Origin: Candidatus Shapirobacteria bacterium
Lineage (GTDB): Bacteria; Patescibacteriota; Microgenomatia; UBA12405; JAUWLS01
Length of the DNA stretch: 63,841 nucleotides
NCBI GenBank assembly: GCA_030613565.1
Contig: JAUWLS010000003.1
Span: 1-63,841, forward strand
Direction of reading: 5' to 3'
Below, one piece after another: positions 28,864 to 38,374 of this stretch. Made by a program: the position numbers and the translations under genes. The notes under the pieces were generated by a model. The model was not told the DNA's origin. It made no database searches and saw only the letters and a program-made list of their open reading frames with translations. The number at the start of each line of letters is the position of its first letter. The stretch's first letter is position 1.

Positions 28864-29085
28864 ATGCCTACTGCAAAAAACAAAAAAAAGCTATCTATCG
28901 AAAACCTCCCCGATCTATTAACTGTTGGTGAAGTCGCCGAACTTTTAAGAGTTTCCAAACTTACCGTTAAACGCTGGGGTAAAAGAGGAAAGCTTCCCGC
29001 TATCCGTATTAATGCCAGAGGTGACCGACGCTACCGAAAAGAAGCTGTTCTTTGGCTCCTAGGAATCCAGCAAGATAAGGCCTAG
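28864..29085 (+). CDS. MerR/excisionase-like HTH DNA-binding protein (HTH_17-like)
   Basis: LLTVGEVAELLRVSKLTVKRW...GKLPAIRINARGDRRY. Confidence 0.8.
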   Translation: MPTAKNKKKLSIENLPDLLTVGEVAELLRVSKLTVKRWGKRGKLPAIRINARGDRRYRKEAVLWLLGIQQDKA

Positions 29086-29342
29086 CGATAAATATCACGT
29101 CTATGACCGACTCGGATTACAAACACCGTCTTATCATTGTCATGGATATCGTAAAGAATCCTGTAATCACCTACTCTAACCCTACACTGAGCAATCTTTG
29201 AACCAACTAATGACTTGAACTGCTGTGGATAACGATTTAAAGAAAGTTTTTGTATTGCTCTCAAAACCCTTTCTCTGACTTTAACATCAAGTTTTTTTAT
29301 GTCTTTCTCCGCCTTACTACTTAAAAAAATCTTATACTTCAT
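29082..29342 (-). CDS. relE: RelE-family toxin
   Basis: AEKDIKKLD...RVRVGDYRILYDI...VIRVGHRRDIY. Confidence 0.9.
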   Translation of the reverse strand: MKYKIFLSSKAEKDIKKLDVKVRERVLRAIQKLSLNRYPQQFKSLVGSKIAQCRVRVGDYRILYDIHDNDKTVFVIRVGHRRDIYR

Positions 29343-29612
29343 TTACTCCAAATCTTTTAGAAAATCACCAAGCTCTCTAGCCTCCCCCGACTTGTATTCC
29401 TCTCTTGCTCTCAAAACCTCTTTCTGTAAAGATGGTGAGTTTAACTCCAAAAGAATATCTTCAATCTGCTGATAGTCAGAAAAAGGAATGGTTACAAAAA
29501 CTGGCTCATTACGCCTGGTAACTAAATAATGACCACCAATTTCTCTTATCTTATTAGTGATGCTTGGTAAATTAGCTTGAAACTTTTTTACTCCTAATAC
29601 ACCCTGAATCAT
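29343..29612 (-). CDS. Phd/YefM-family antitoxin
   Basis: VTRRNEPVFVTIPFSDYQQIEDILLELNSP; coupled to relE. Confidence 0.75.
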   Translation of the reverse strand: MIQGVLGVKKFQANLPSITNKIREIGGHYLVTRRNEPVFVTIPFSDYQQIEDILLELNSPSLQKEVLRAREEYKSGEARELGDFLKDLE

Positions 29613-29646
29613 ACTTTAAGGTACCTTAAAGTACGTACCTTGTCAA
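29612..29646 (-). promoter_or_regulatory. TA promoter with perfect 22-bp palindromic operator
   Basis: TACTTTAAGGTACCTTAAAGTA (29612-29633) is its own reverse complement. It overlaps the -10 (TACCTT) and the ATG; TTGACA lies 17 nt upstream. Confidence 0.75.
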
Positions 29647-29654
29647 CACTTCCT

Positions 29655-30617
29655 TTATAAACTCAAATGTTTCTTCCCTTTTCTTGTAAGTACTCTTCCC
29701 CTGCCCGTCCTCTTAACAAACCCGATCTGTAATAGATAAGGTTCGTAAACATCTTCTATTGTTCCCACATCTTCCTGTAAGGCTGCTGCCAAAGTTTCTT
29801 TTCCTACCGGTCCTCCATCATACTTCTCTCCAATCACCCTCAAATATTTTCTATCTGCTTTCGAAAGTCCTTCTTTGTCTATTCCTAGTAGATCCAATGC
29901 TTCCTGAGCCACCTTCTTGTTCATCTTTCCATCACTCTTTATTTCTACATAGTCCCTAACCCTCTTCAAAAGCCTATTTGCCACCCTTGGCGTTCCCCTT
30001 GTTCTTGAAGAAATAAGTTCAATTCCTTCTTTGTCTAGTTCCATTCCCAAAACACCAGACGATCTTTTAAGAATTTCTAAAATGTCTTCATCCTCATAAA
30101 AATCCAACTGATGCACAAAACCAAACCTATCTCTCATTGGAGAACTAATCAGTCCAATTCTTGTTGTTGCCCCTACTATAGTAAAAGGGGCTAACTTTAA
30201 CCTTAAAGTCTTTGCTGACGGTCCCTTACCAAGCACTATATCCAACGCATAATCCTCCATCGCCGAATACAAAGTCTCCTCTACTGCCTTGTTTAACCTG
30301 TGAATTTCATCGATAAATAAAATATCCCCTTTTTTAAGTCCTGTTAAAATCGAAGCCAAATCTCCCACCCTTCCCAACACTGGTCCTGAAGTTATCTTGA
30401 TTTTCCCTCTCATTTCTTGAGCCAACAAAAACGCTAAAGTTGTTTTTCCTAGTCCTGGTGGTCCATAAAACAAAACATGCTCCAAAGCCTCATCTCTTTT
30501 TTTTGCTGCTTTAATAAAAATTTCCAGTTGTTCTTTTAAGTCTTTTTGCCCAATAAAGTCTAAAAGTTTTTCTGGTCTTAATACATTCCTCTGTACTTTC
30601 TTTTTTGTCATCTTCAT
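29655..30617 (-). CDS. ruvB: Holliday junction branch-migration helicase RuvB
   Basis: LRP..L.DFIGQ, GPPGLGKTT, FIDEIHRL, GATTR.G.I.SPMRDRFG, RGTPRVANRLL. Confidence 0.97.
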   Translation of the reverse strand: MKMTKKKVQRNVLRPEKLLDFIGQKDLKEQLEIFIKAAKKRDEALEHVLFYGPPGLGKTTLAFLLAQEMRGKIKITSGPVLGRVGDLASILTGLKKGDILFIDEIHRLNKAVEETLYSAMEDYALDIVLGKGPSAKTLRLKLAPFTIVGATTRIGLISSPMRDRFGFVHQLDFYEDEDILEILKRSSGVLGMELDKEGIELISSRTRGTPRVANRLLKRVRDYVEIKSDGKMNKKVAQEALDLLGIDKEGLSKADRKYLRVIGEKYDGGPVGKETLAAALQEDVGTIEDVYEPYLLQIGFVKRTGRGRVLTRKGKKHLSL

Positions 30618-31186
30618 TCTCTACCTCCCAACTCTCCCAAACACCAACCAACTTTTTCTTCTATCTCTTTCATTTCTTCAGGCATTCTTTTCATTACTGC
30701 CTCTATCTCTGCTTTTACAAACCCCAAACTCTTCAATCCCTGATAAACCTCATCTTCTTCTATCTCATTTTCAAAAAAGTCTAATTCTCCTAATCCTCCC
30801 ACCTTGGATTTTAAATCCACTATTATTCTCTGGGCCCCTTTCTTTCCAATTCCTTTCACTTTCTCAAAAAAAGACACATCTGCTTTTGAGATTGCCCCCA
30901 ATATCTCCTCTGAATGATAATCCGAAAATATGCCAATTGCCGTCTTTGGTCCAACCCCCGAAACTCCTATTAAAAGTTTAAAAACCTCCACCTCTTCTCT
31001 CTCCAGAAAACCATAAAGATCCATTACTCCTTCTGCAACATGCATGTGCGTATATAAAAGAACTTCTCCTTCTGCTTCCTCTATCACCCTCTTGTGTGTC
31101 AAAACTAAATAACCCACTCCTCGTACCATCACTTCCACTGACCCCTTTCCTTTCCTTAAACAAATCCCATTTAAACAAGAAATCAT
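30614..31186 (-). CDS. ruvA: Holliday junction DNA-binding protein RuvA
   Basis: GVGY, LYGF, LIGVSGVGPKTA, VKGIGKKGAQRIIVDLK. Confidence 0.95.
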   Translation of the reverse strand: MISCLNGICLRKGKGSVEVMVRGVGYLVLTHKRVIEEAEGEVLLYTHMHVAEGVMDLYGFLEREEVEVFKLLIGVSGVGPKTAIGIFSDYHSEEILGAISKADVSFFEKVKGIGKKGAQRIIVDLKSKVGGLGELDFFENEIEEDEVYQGLKSLGFVKAEIEAVMKRMPEEMKEIEEKVGWCLGELGGRE

Positions 31187-31225
31187 AAGTTCATTCTACA
31201 CTCTCTTCCCGAAAGAAACACGAAG

Positions 31226-31684
31226 TCAAAAACTTTTACTCATCAAGTGAGTCAGGGCCACTGCCACCGCATCTGCCGCATGATCTGGCTCAATTACTTC
31301 TTCTATGTCCAATATCTGCTGAACCATAGAAAGCACCTGGTCTTTATCTGCTCTCCCATATCCCACCACCGCCATCTTTACCTGCAAGGGTGTATATTCT
31401 TTCACTTTCACTCCATTATTAACCCCTGCTACTTTTATTACCCCCATCGCCTCTGCTACTTTCAATGCCGATCTCTTGTTCTTTGCAAAAAACAAATCCT
31501 CTATTGCCATTACTTTCACTTTGTACTTTTTAACCAACTTCTCAATTTCCTTGTAAATCACTCCCAACTTTTCTGACACCTCCCCTTTCTTGTTCTCAAT
31601 GCACCCATAATCCACCAAAGTTTCTTCATCCTTTAAAATCGCCCACCCCACATTATTAAGTCCTGGATCTATCCCCATTATCAT
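31226..31684 (-). CDS. ruvC: Crossover junction endodeoxyribonuclease RuvC
   Basis: IMGIDPG, AIEDLFFAKN, EYTPLQVKMAVVGYGRADKDQV, DHAADAVAVA. ATG 31684 is 5 nt after TAAAAT. Confidence 0.95.
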   Translation of the reverse strand: MIMGIDPGLNNVGWAILKDEETLVDYGCIENKKGEVSEKLGVIYKEIEKLVKKYKVKVMAIEDLFFAKNKRSALKVAEAMGVIKVAGVNNGVKVKEYTPLQVKMAVVGYGRADKDQVLSMVQQILDIEEVIEPDHAADAVAVALTHLMSKSF

Positions 31685-31698
31685 ACTCAATTTTACCC
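31575..31698. repeat. Direct repeat B1: ruvC promoter and 5' end (intact copy)
   Basis: 122/124 identical to 33202-33325. Confidence 0.95.
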
Positions 31699-31992
31699 TA
31701 ATTTTTTATGGACTCCCAAAAACCAAACACAATAAAGTCAATGCCGAGAAAGACAAGAAGGAATCCTGGGTTTTGGAGGATAATTAAAAAAAATCCTAAA
31801 TTTAACAGAAAGGGTAGAAAGACTGATCCTCTTTTCCCTCAACAGGTATCTTCTGTCGGTTTGACCAACAACCAATTAATAGAAAACAACAAAATCAAAA
31901 AAAGACTTTTTGGGGAGATTTTGAGACTAGAGTTTTTTTAAACATGTTATTATTATAAAAATAATCGCAGTGGTTAAAAGCTATAGACATAT

Positions 31993-32922
31993 ATGTCAAG
32001 ATTGAGAAAACTATATTGGTCAGTAACCAATAGTTGTAATTTGGGTTGCAGGTACTGTTACTATAATTCTGGTTTGGAGTCTAGGGTTGGTGGGAATAAA
32101 AATCCGCTTGATTATCCTAACATTTTGGATGATATGGCCAAAACTTTTGGTGAAATAGTTTTTACTGGTGGTGAGCCATTACTGTTTAATGGTCTGTTTG
32201 ATTTAATTTCTTTTTTTAAATCGAAGAATAGACGGGTTGGTGTTTTGACCAACGCCACCCTGTTAACTAAAGCAGTTGCCAAAAGAATGGTGGCTATGCA
32301 AGTGGACAGTGTGTCTGTTTCGTTGGATTCGCTTGATAGGAAAGAGAATGATTATCTGAGAGGTAAAACCAAGCATGTTATGGCGGGTTTGAAAAATATT
32401 TTGTCGGTTAAAAACAGTGGTATGAAGATTGAGATAATGCAGACGATTAGTAAAGTTAATTACGGTTCAATTCCGGAATTGGTTTCCTTTTGTAAGAAAA
32501 AAAACATTACACTTTGGCTTGATCCGGTTGAGGTCAACAAGAAGCTTTGTCATTTACGTAGTTTAGATTTGAAAGAAATGTCTACCAAACAATTAATGGA
32601 GTTAGAAAAGCAGATGTTAATGTGGGCGCAAGGTAATCCTGTGTTGGAGATTTATGTCAAGAATTGTTTACTGTTAATCAAGGGAAGAAAGTCGGGTGAG
32701 TTGTTTTGTCCTATGGGAACCAGTAGTTTCATTCTTGATCCTGATGGAAATGTATATCCGTGTTTTTTAAGAAAAGATATTTTGTTGGGTAATATTTACA
32801 AAATGTCGTTTGAACAAATTTTGGGTAGTAAATTGTTGGAAAAAAAGCGAAAGGAACTACAAAGTGGACAATGTGTGAAACTGGGCTGTGTTTGTATGAC
32901 TATATCTGATAATTATCGGTAA
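31993..32922 (+). CDS. Radical SAM protein with C-terminal SPASM/twitch-like domain
   Basis: CNLGCRYC, FTGGEPLL, VLTNATLL, VSVSLDS, CPMG...DGNVYPC. Codon usage is G/T-rich, opposite to other + strand genes. Confidence 0.85.
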   Translation: MSRLRKLYWSVTNSCNLGCRYCYYNSGLESRVGGNKNPLDYPNILDDMAKTFGEIVFTGGEPLLFNGLFDLISFFKSKNRRVGVLTNATLLTKAVAKRMVAMQVDSVSVSLDSLDRKENDYLRGKTKHVMAGLKNILSVKNSGMKIEIMQTISKVNYGSIPELVSFCKKKNITLWLDPVEVNKKLCHLRSLDLKEMSTKQLMELEKQMLMWAQGNPVLEIYVKNCLLLIKGRKSGELFCPMGTSSFILDPDGNVYPCFLRKDILLGNIYKMSFEQILGSKLLEKKRKELQSGQCVKLGCVCMTISDNYR

Positions 32923-33201
32923 TTGGCTTATTTAGGCTAGTAGGGATTGGTGAGTTTTGGTGAGATAGGTTGTGGAGGGTAAGTGTGCCAGAGCTGGAAG
33001 GGTATTTATTGAATAGCGGTACTGTTTAAGAAACGGGCGTTTTTTTTAGAACCCAAATTTTTGCTTTAGAGTCTTGAATTTTGTCTGGTTACCAATAGCT
33101 ACTTGAAGTGAACATTTACCATTGAGTTTCCTGAATTTACCTTGACAGTCGGTAAAGGGTTTTAGTCGTCTTTGGATAAAGTAAGTGTTAAACCATAGTC
33201 G

Positions 33202-33325
33202 GACACCTCCGCTTTCTTGTTCTCAATGCACCCATAATCCACCAAAGTTTCTTCATCCTTTAAAATCGCCCACCCCACATTATTAAGTCCTGGATCTATC
33301 CCCATTATCATACTCAATCTTACCC
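33202..33325 (-). pseudogene. Direct repeat B2: truncated ruvC 5' fragment
   Basis: Encodes MIMGIDPGLNNVGWAILKDEETLVDYGCIENKKAEVS, then runs into unrelated sequence. Confidence 0.95.
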
Positions 33326-33346
33326 CAACTGCTATACTATTCCCAC

Positions 33347-34408
33347 ATGGACAGTAAGAAAGTGGCCCAAACAATTCAAGACAAGTTTCCCGATCTAACC
33401 GTAAAAACTAACTGGTCTCTCGCTCCCCTATCCACCTTTAAAATCGGTGGACCCGCCCAAATCTTCACCATCACCAAGTCATCCAATCAACTAAAAGAAC
33501 TCCTGGTCTTTGTCAAAAAAGACCATCCCCAACTTCCTCTTACCATCTTAGGAAATGCCAGTAACACTCTCATCTCCGACTCTGGAATAGAAGGTCTCGT
33601 CATTAAAAACACCTCCCAAAACATTCATATTCTTAAAAAAAAACCACCAGAAAGTAAAAAACAACTTATTCCTGTTTTAAGGCAAGAAAAAGACTCTAAA
33701 AAATATCTTGATTTTAATTCTTTAAACTACGACGAGTCAGACAAAGAGAAAGTTTTTGTTGAAATTGAATCCGGAGTCCCCTTCCCCTATGCCATTTCCC
33801 ACCTTCTTCAAAAAGGCGTTACTGGACTTCAATGGTTTGCTGGTATCCCTGGTACTGTTGGTGGAGCAACTTGGTACAATCTCCACGGTGGATCCTATCA
33901 TCTTTCTGATTTTATCCACTCTGTTGAGGTCTTGGACCTTAAAAACTCCACTGTTAAAAAAATGTCTCCAAAAGACTTAAACTTCGCCTATGACTACTCT
34001 CTACTTCAAAAGAAGCCTAATCTAATTATCCTCTCCACCACTCTCTCTCTTTATAAAGGAAATATAGAAAAAGCCCAATCCACAGCCCAAAAATGGATCG
34101 AACAGAAGAAAAAAGTTCAACCTATCCCCTCTGCTGGATCTGTCTTTAAAAATCTCTCTCCTGACCTTGCTCAAAAACATGGCTTTGAGTCCTCTTCTGT
34201 CGGTTGGATTATTGACCAAAAACTAAAATTAAAGGGAAAAACCATTGGTAGTGCCCAAATTAGCCCTCTTCATGCCAATTTCATAGTCAATACAGGCAGC
34301 GCTAAAGCTAAAGATGTCCTTTCTTTGATAAAACTTGTCCAAAAAGAATTCAAAAACCGCTGGAATATAAAACTTGAACCCGAAATCAAGATTTTAGACA
34401 ATGTCTAA
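33347..34408 (+). CDS. murB: UDP-N-acetylenolpyruvoylglucosamine reductase
   Basis: STFKIGGPA, LGNASN.L.SD.G, GIPGTVGGA, FAYDYS, PSAGSVFKN, AQISPLHANFIVN, LEPEI. Confidence 0.93.
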   Translation: MDSKKVAQTIQDKFPDLTVKTNWSLAPLSTFKIGGPAQIFTITKSSNQLKELLVFVKKDHPQLPLTILGNASNTLISDSGIEGLVIKNTSQNIHILKKKPPESKKQLIPVLRQEKDSKKYLDFNSLNYDESDKEKVFVEIESGVPFPYAISHLLQKGVTGLQWFAGIPGTVGGATWYNLHGGSYHLSDFIHSVEVLDLKNSTVKKMSPKDLNFAYDYSLLQKKPNLIILSTTLSLYKGNIEKAQSTAQKWIEQKKKVQPIPSAGSVFKNLSPDLAQKHGFESSSVGWIIDQKLKLKGKTIGSAQISPLHANFIVNTGSAKAKDVLSLIKLVQKEFKNRWNIKLEPEIKILDNV

Positions 34409-35557
34409 ATTCAAAACTTCACCAGACCCCCTCTCCTCAACATTCTCTTTTCTCCAAAGCCTTAGCTCCTTTTGAAATCTCCATTTTTCCAAAGCTTCCT
34501 GTTTTCTAAAATTAACCAACAAAAGGGTCTTGAGTATATCAATCTATAAACTTGTACTAAACGCTAACCAAATTTAATTAACCAACAAACTATGTGAAAC
34601 ATTAACTTTCTATATAAAGTATCCCCTTCAAAAATCACTTAATTCCTATAGTATTTTAAGAAACTTAGTCTATAACCCCCTCCTCCTCACTGACCATTAA
34701 GAAACAAAAACTGAAAAGAAAAATATATAAGATCTTTCACCCCTCTCCTCTTTTTAATTTTTTATTCCCAAAAAAACCTCTTCTCTCTCCTCTTTTACTT
34801 CCCCTTACTTGGTCTTTGTCAAAAAAGTCATTCTCTCCTCTTCTAATAAAACCTCACCCACCCTTATCTCTTAAAAACACTAAAAATCACCATTCTCCTA
34901 TTACTAAAACAAGCCTTTTCTTTTTTCTTTACATTTTTTCTCACGCTTCATTTACCTTTCGACCTTCTCCAAACTCACTATTTCTACCCTCTTTGTGGTC
35001 TCCCGCCTACCTAGGCTAAACCTACCTCAAAGCTCAAAAGCCCTATTTGGCAAAGAACTCAACCTTCTGACAAAGCATATTGCCCAAGGTTTTTCCCCTA
35101 TTTATAAGCCAATACACGTGCTTGCAACAAAGCATTAATCTTGACTTTTCCACACCAATGCATCAAAAAAACCTGATTTTTATCATTTTCGTCATGCCCA
35201 AAACTTCTAAAAACCCTTTTTTCATATTTTCTTTTTCTTTTTTTTCAAAAAATATTTTCCCAAACCCCTTTTCTTTAATTTCACGAATCCTCTATCCTTA
35301 TTCTATAAGATAATAACGTCGCTCACCCTCTCCTTACCCCTATATCTCTATCTATAGGACCAGAAACAAACTAAAAGCTATCTCCCAAACCCCTTCTTTG
35401 AACAACTTATTTATTCAAACTCTCCTTCTTGAAACAAGTCTAAGCGCTTTTAAACATCAAAAAAACCTTTCCCCATATAACACAAACCTACAAGATAAAA
35501 AAACAAAAGGAAAAACCGCTCAAAACAATCCTAAAATTCTAGTACTATAAGCCTCTC

Positions 35558-36562
35558 TTATCTTAAAACTCTTCTATATAAATCCAGGTTCTCCATCGCC
35601 ACCCCTGTCCCTTTCACTACGCACAACTGTGGTTCCTCGGCTACATGGGCAACTACTCCAATCTCCCTTGTTATATACTTATCAAAGTTAGAAAGTTGAC
35701 TAGTCCCTCCTGAAAGCACAATTCCCTTCTCTATAATGTCCGAAATTAATTCTGGAGGCGTTTCTTCCAAAACTCCCTTAATTGCCCCCAATATCTGCCC
35801 CAGAGGTTCCTGAATCATGTCGTGAACCTCTTTTGAAGATAGATTAACTGTCTTTGGTAATCCATAAATTGAATCTCTCCCGTTCACTTCCATCTTTTTT
35901 TCTTTCTGGTCTGCTATTGCTGAACCTATCTTTATCTTCACTTCCTCTGCTGTCTGTTCTCCTACAATCAAGTTGTGCCTCTTTCTAAGCTGGTTTGAAA
36001 TCATTTCATCTATCTTGTCTCCTGCTACTCTCACACTTTTATGAACCACCACCCCTCCCAAAGCTATTACTGCTGCTTCTGCTGCTCCTCCTCCAATATC
36101 CACGATCATATTCCCCGAACTCGAAGCTACCGGGATCAAGGCTCCAATTGCTGCTGCTAAAGGCTCATCTATCAAATAAGCGTTCTTTGCCCCCGCAGAC
36201 AAAGTTGCTTCCAAAACTGCTCTCTGCTCTACTTGAGTCACTCCTGCCGGTACACAAATCATCACCTCTGGTTTAAAAAACCATCCTTTACCCATTACCT
36301 TTTGAAGAAAGTAACGAAGCATTGCCTCCGTCACCTCATAATCCGCAATCACTCCTTCTTTCATTGGTCTCGTTGCTTCTATGTAACCTGGTGTTTTACC
36401 AAGCATTGTCTTTGCTTCCTTGCCCACAGCCAAAACTTTCCTATCCTCAGCCGAAACTGCCACCACTGTTGGTTCCGAAAGCACTATTCCCTTTCCTACC
36501 TCCCAGACCAAACTGTTGGCCGTTCCTAAGTCTATTCCCAGTCTTTTGAACAAATTCTTCAT
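35558..36562 (-). CDS. mreB: MreB/Mbl rod shape-determining actin homologue
   Basis: GIDLGTANS, RPMKEGVIAD, PAGVTQVE, DEPLAAAIGA, DIGGG, GIVLSGG. Confidence 0.93.
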   Translation of the reverse strand: MKNLFKRLGIDLGTANSLVWEVGKGIVLSEPTVVAVSAEDRKVLAVGKEAKTMLGKTPGYIEATRPMKEGVIADYEVTEAMLRYFLQKVMGKGWFFKPEVMICVPAGVTQVEQRAVLEATLSAGAKNAYLIDEPLAAAIGALIPVASSSGNMIVDIGGGAAEAAVIALGGVVVHKSVRVAGDKIDEMISNQLRKRHNLIVGEQTAEEVKIKIGSAIADQKEKKMEVNGRDSIYGLPKTVNLSSKEVHDMIQEPLGQILGAIKGVLEETPPELISDIIEKGIVLSGGTSQLSNFDKYITREIGVVAHVAEEPQLCVVKGTGVAMENLDLYRRVLR

Positions 36563-36685
36563 TTTAATTTCTCATTTTTCTGATATACTCTGATGCACTT
36601 TACTCCTATTTAGATTATAAAATTCAAAGCCCTCATCCTCTATTATACAAGGCCTCTTTTAAAGTTTTTCTGTTATCATCCTCTT

Positions 36686-37984
36686 ATGAAGAAATTTAAA
36701 TCATCCATCAGCGAATATAAATCCATCCTCATCCTCTCCTCTACCTTCGCCTTCGTCATCCTAGGAACTCTCGCCATCTCCCTCTTCATCCGAGGCTACC
36801 GACCCGACTTCAAAAACAAACTTCTCACCCCTACTGGCCTTCTTTCTACCACCTCTCTTCCCAAATCCGCCTCTGTCTACCTAAATGACCGCCTTACTAC
36901 TGCTACTGACGACACTCTAAATCTCCCTCCTGGAGACTACAAGGTAAAAATCCAAAAGGACGGTTACCTTCCCTGGGAAAAAGAAATCACTCTTAAAAAA
37001 GAAACTGTTTATCAAACCAACACCCACCTCTTCCGTTCTGTACCTGACCTTAACCCCCTCACCCTCTCTGGATCTATCAACCCCACTCTCTCTCCTGATG
37101 GGACTAAAGTAATCTACTCTGTTGCCTCTGCCTCTGCCAGCACTGATAATGGCCTCTACTCTCTTGCCCTCACCAACTCTCCTCTAAACATTGTCCGCTC
37201 CTCACCCAAACAGCTCTCTCAAAACTACAAAAACATTAACTGGTCCGCTGCCCACTTCACCTTCTCTCCTGACTCTCAAAAAGTCCTTGCCTACTTCAAA
37301 AAAGACTCTGACCTTAACCCCACCATTTTTTCCAATGAATGGATCCAAAACATCTCTTCTGCCTATCTTCTAAATCCCCAAGATCCTGTCTCTCAAAATG
37401 ATCTTTTAGACGTTACTCTCCGTCTCTCCATTATTAAACTCGAATGGCAAGAGACTCATCAAAAACTAACTGCTGCCAAACTAGACAAGCTTCCCAAACT
37501 CTTCCAAAACATTGCCTCCGAGTCCGCCGCATTCATCCTCTGGTCCACCGAAGAAGACAAGATTACCTATCTTGCCAATTCTGATGCCACCATTCCTCAA
37601 AACATTATCACTCCCCCTCCCGCCCAGTCCACCCAAATCCAGGAAAGAGAAATTAAAGCCGGTCACATCTACGTCTACGACATTGAAGATGACACCAACT
37701 TCCATATCACCGACTCCAAAGATCTCTCCTCTAATCCCAACTACTCTGAAATTAACAATCAACCCGTCTTCCTCTCTTGGCTTCCCTACTCCCACCACCT
37801 CACCTTCCTAAAAGACAATCAAATCAAGGTTATTGAATACGATGGTACCAATGAACTAAACCTCTACGCCGGTCAATTCGATCCCAGGGCAGTCTTCCCC
37901 TACCCAGACGGCAACAAACTCATCATCCTCACCCACCCCTATGACACCGCCCCTGAAAATCTCTATGCTATAAGTATTAAATAA
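36686..37984 (+). CDS. Membrane-anchored PEGA-domain protein with TolB-like beta-propeller
   Basis: N-terminal TM; TGLLSTTSLPKSASVYLND...LPPGDYKVKIQKDGYLPW (PEGA); SPDG/SPDS repeats; IEYDGTN. Confidence 0.8.
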   Translation: MKKFKSSISEYKSILILSSTFAFVILGTLAISLFIRGYRPDFKNKLLTPTGLLSTTSLPKSASVYLNDRLTTATDDTLNLPPGDYKVKIQKDGYLPWEKEITLKKETVYQTNTHLFRSVPDLNPLTLSGSINPTLSPDGTKVIYSVASASASTDNGLYSLALTNSPLNIVRSSPKQLSQNYKNINWSAAHFTFSPDSQKVLAYFKKDSDLNPTIFSNEWIQNISSAYLLNPQDPVSQNDLLDVTLRLSIIKLEWQETHQKLTAAKLDKLPKLFQNIASESAAFILWSTEEDKITYLANSDATIPQNIITPPPAQSTQIQEREIKAGHIYVYDIEDDTNFHITDSKDLSSNPNYSEINNQPVFLSWLPYSHHLTFLKDNQIKVIEYDGTNELNLYAGQFDPRAVFPYPDGNKLIILTHPYDTAPENLYAISIK

Positions 37985-38162
37985 GACATGGAAACAAAAA
38001 TAATAACACCTGGATTTGGAAAACTGATTGTAATATACCCAGCCCTAAGAAGAGGGGGTCGTTGTGTATCACAAGATCATGAAATCTCTCAACCCACCGA
38101 AGGAAAGAGACAACCGCGTTCCACAGTCAAATTCAGAATAATACAACCCCAATAAGAATAAG

Positions 38163-38237
38163 TCGGAGTGACCAGACTTGAACTGGCAACCTCTAGCTCC
38201 CGATGCTAGCGCGCTATCCAAATTGCGCCACACTCCG
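38163..38237 (-). tRNA. tRNA-Pro(CGG)
   Basis: CGGAGTG/CACTCCG acceptor stem; anticodon arm CTAGC-ATCGGGA-GCTAG; T-arm GCCAG-TTCAAGT-CTGGT; CCA not encoded. Confidence 0.92.
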
Positions 38238-38248
38238 AATAAAAAAAG

Positions 38249-38320
38249 TATCCCCACTAGGAATCGAACCTAGAACTGACCCTTAGGAGGGGTCTGTTAT
38301 ATCCATTTAACTATGGGGAC
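38249..38320 (-). tRNA. tRNA-Arg(CCT)
   Basis: GTCCCCA/TGGGGAT acceptor stem; anticodon arm GACCC-CTCCTAA-GGGTC; T-arm CTAGG-TTCGATT-CCTAG; CCA not encoded. Confidence 0.92.
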
Positions 38321-38374
38321 AAACAGCTTATTTTACCCTCTCTCTTCCCTACAATCCACCAAAGACAGTTGTTC

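Noticed and set aside
28864-29085. Prophage or ICE implied by an excisionase-like HTH
   Set aside because: No integrase or phage genes nearby; treated as a stand-alone regulator.
22640-29655. Flanking duplications around BrnTA and the two Phd/RelE modules
   Set aside because: Only short, unconvincing matches by eye, so these are not counted among the repeat-flanked cassettes.
33162-33374. 70-aa ORF as an independent gene
   Set aside because: It is the duplicated ruvC 5' fragment joined to unrelated sequence.
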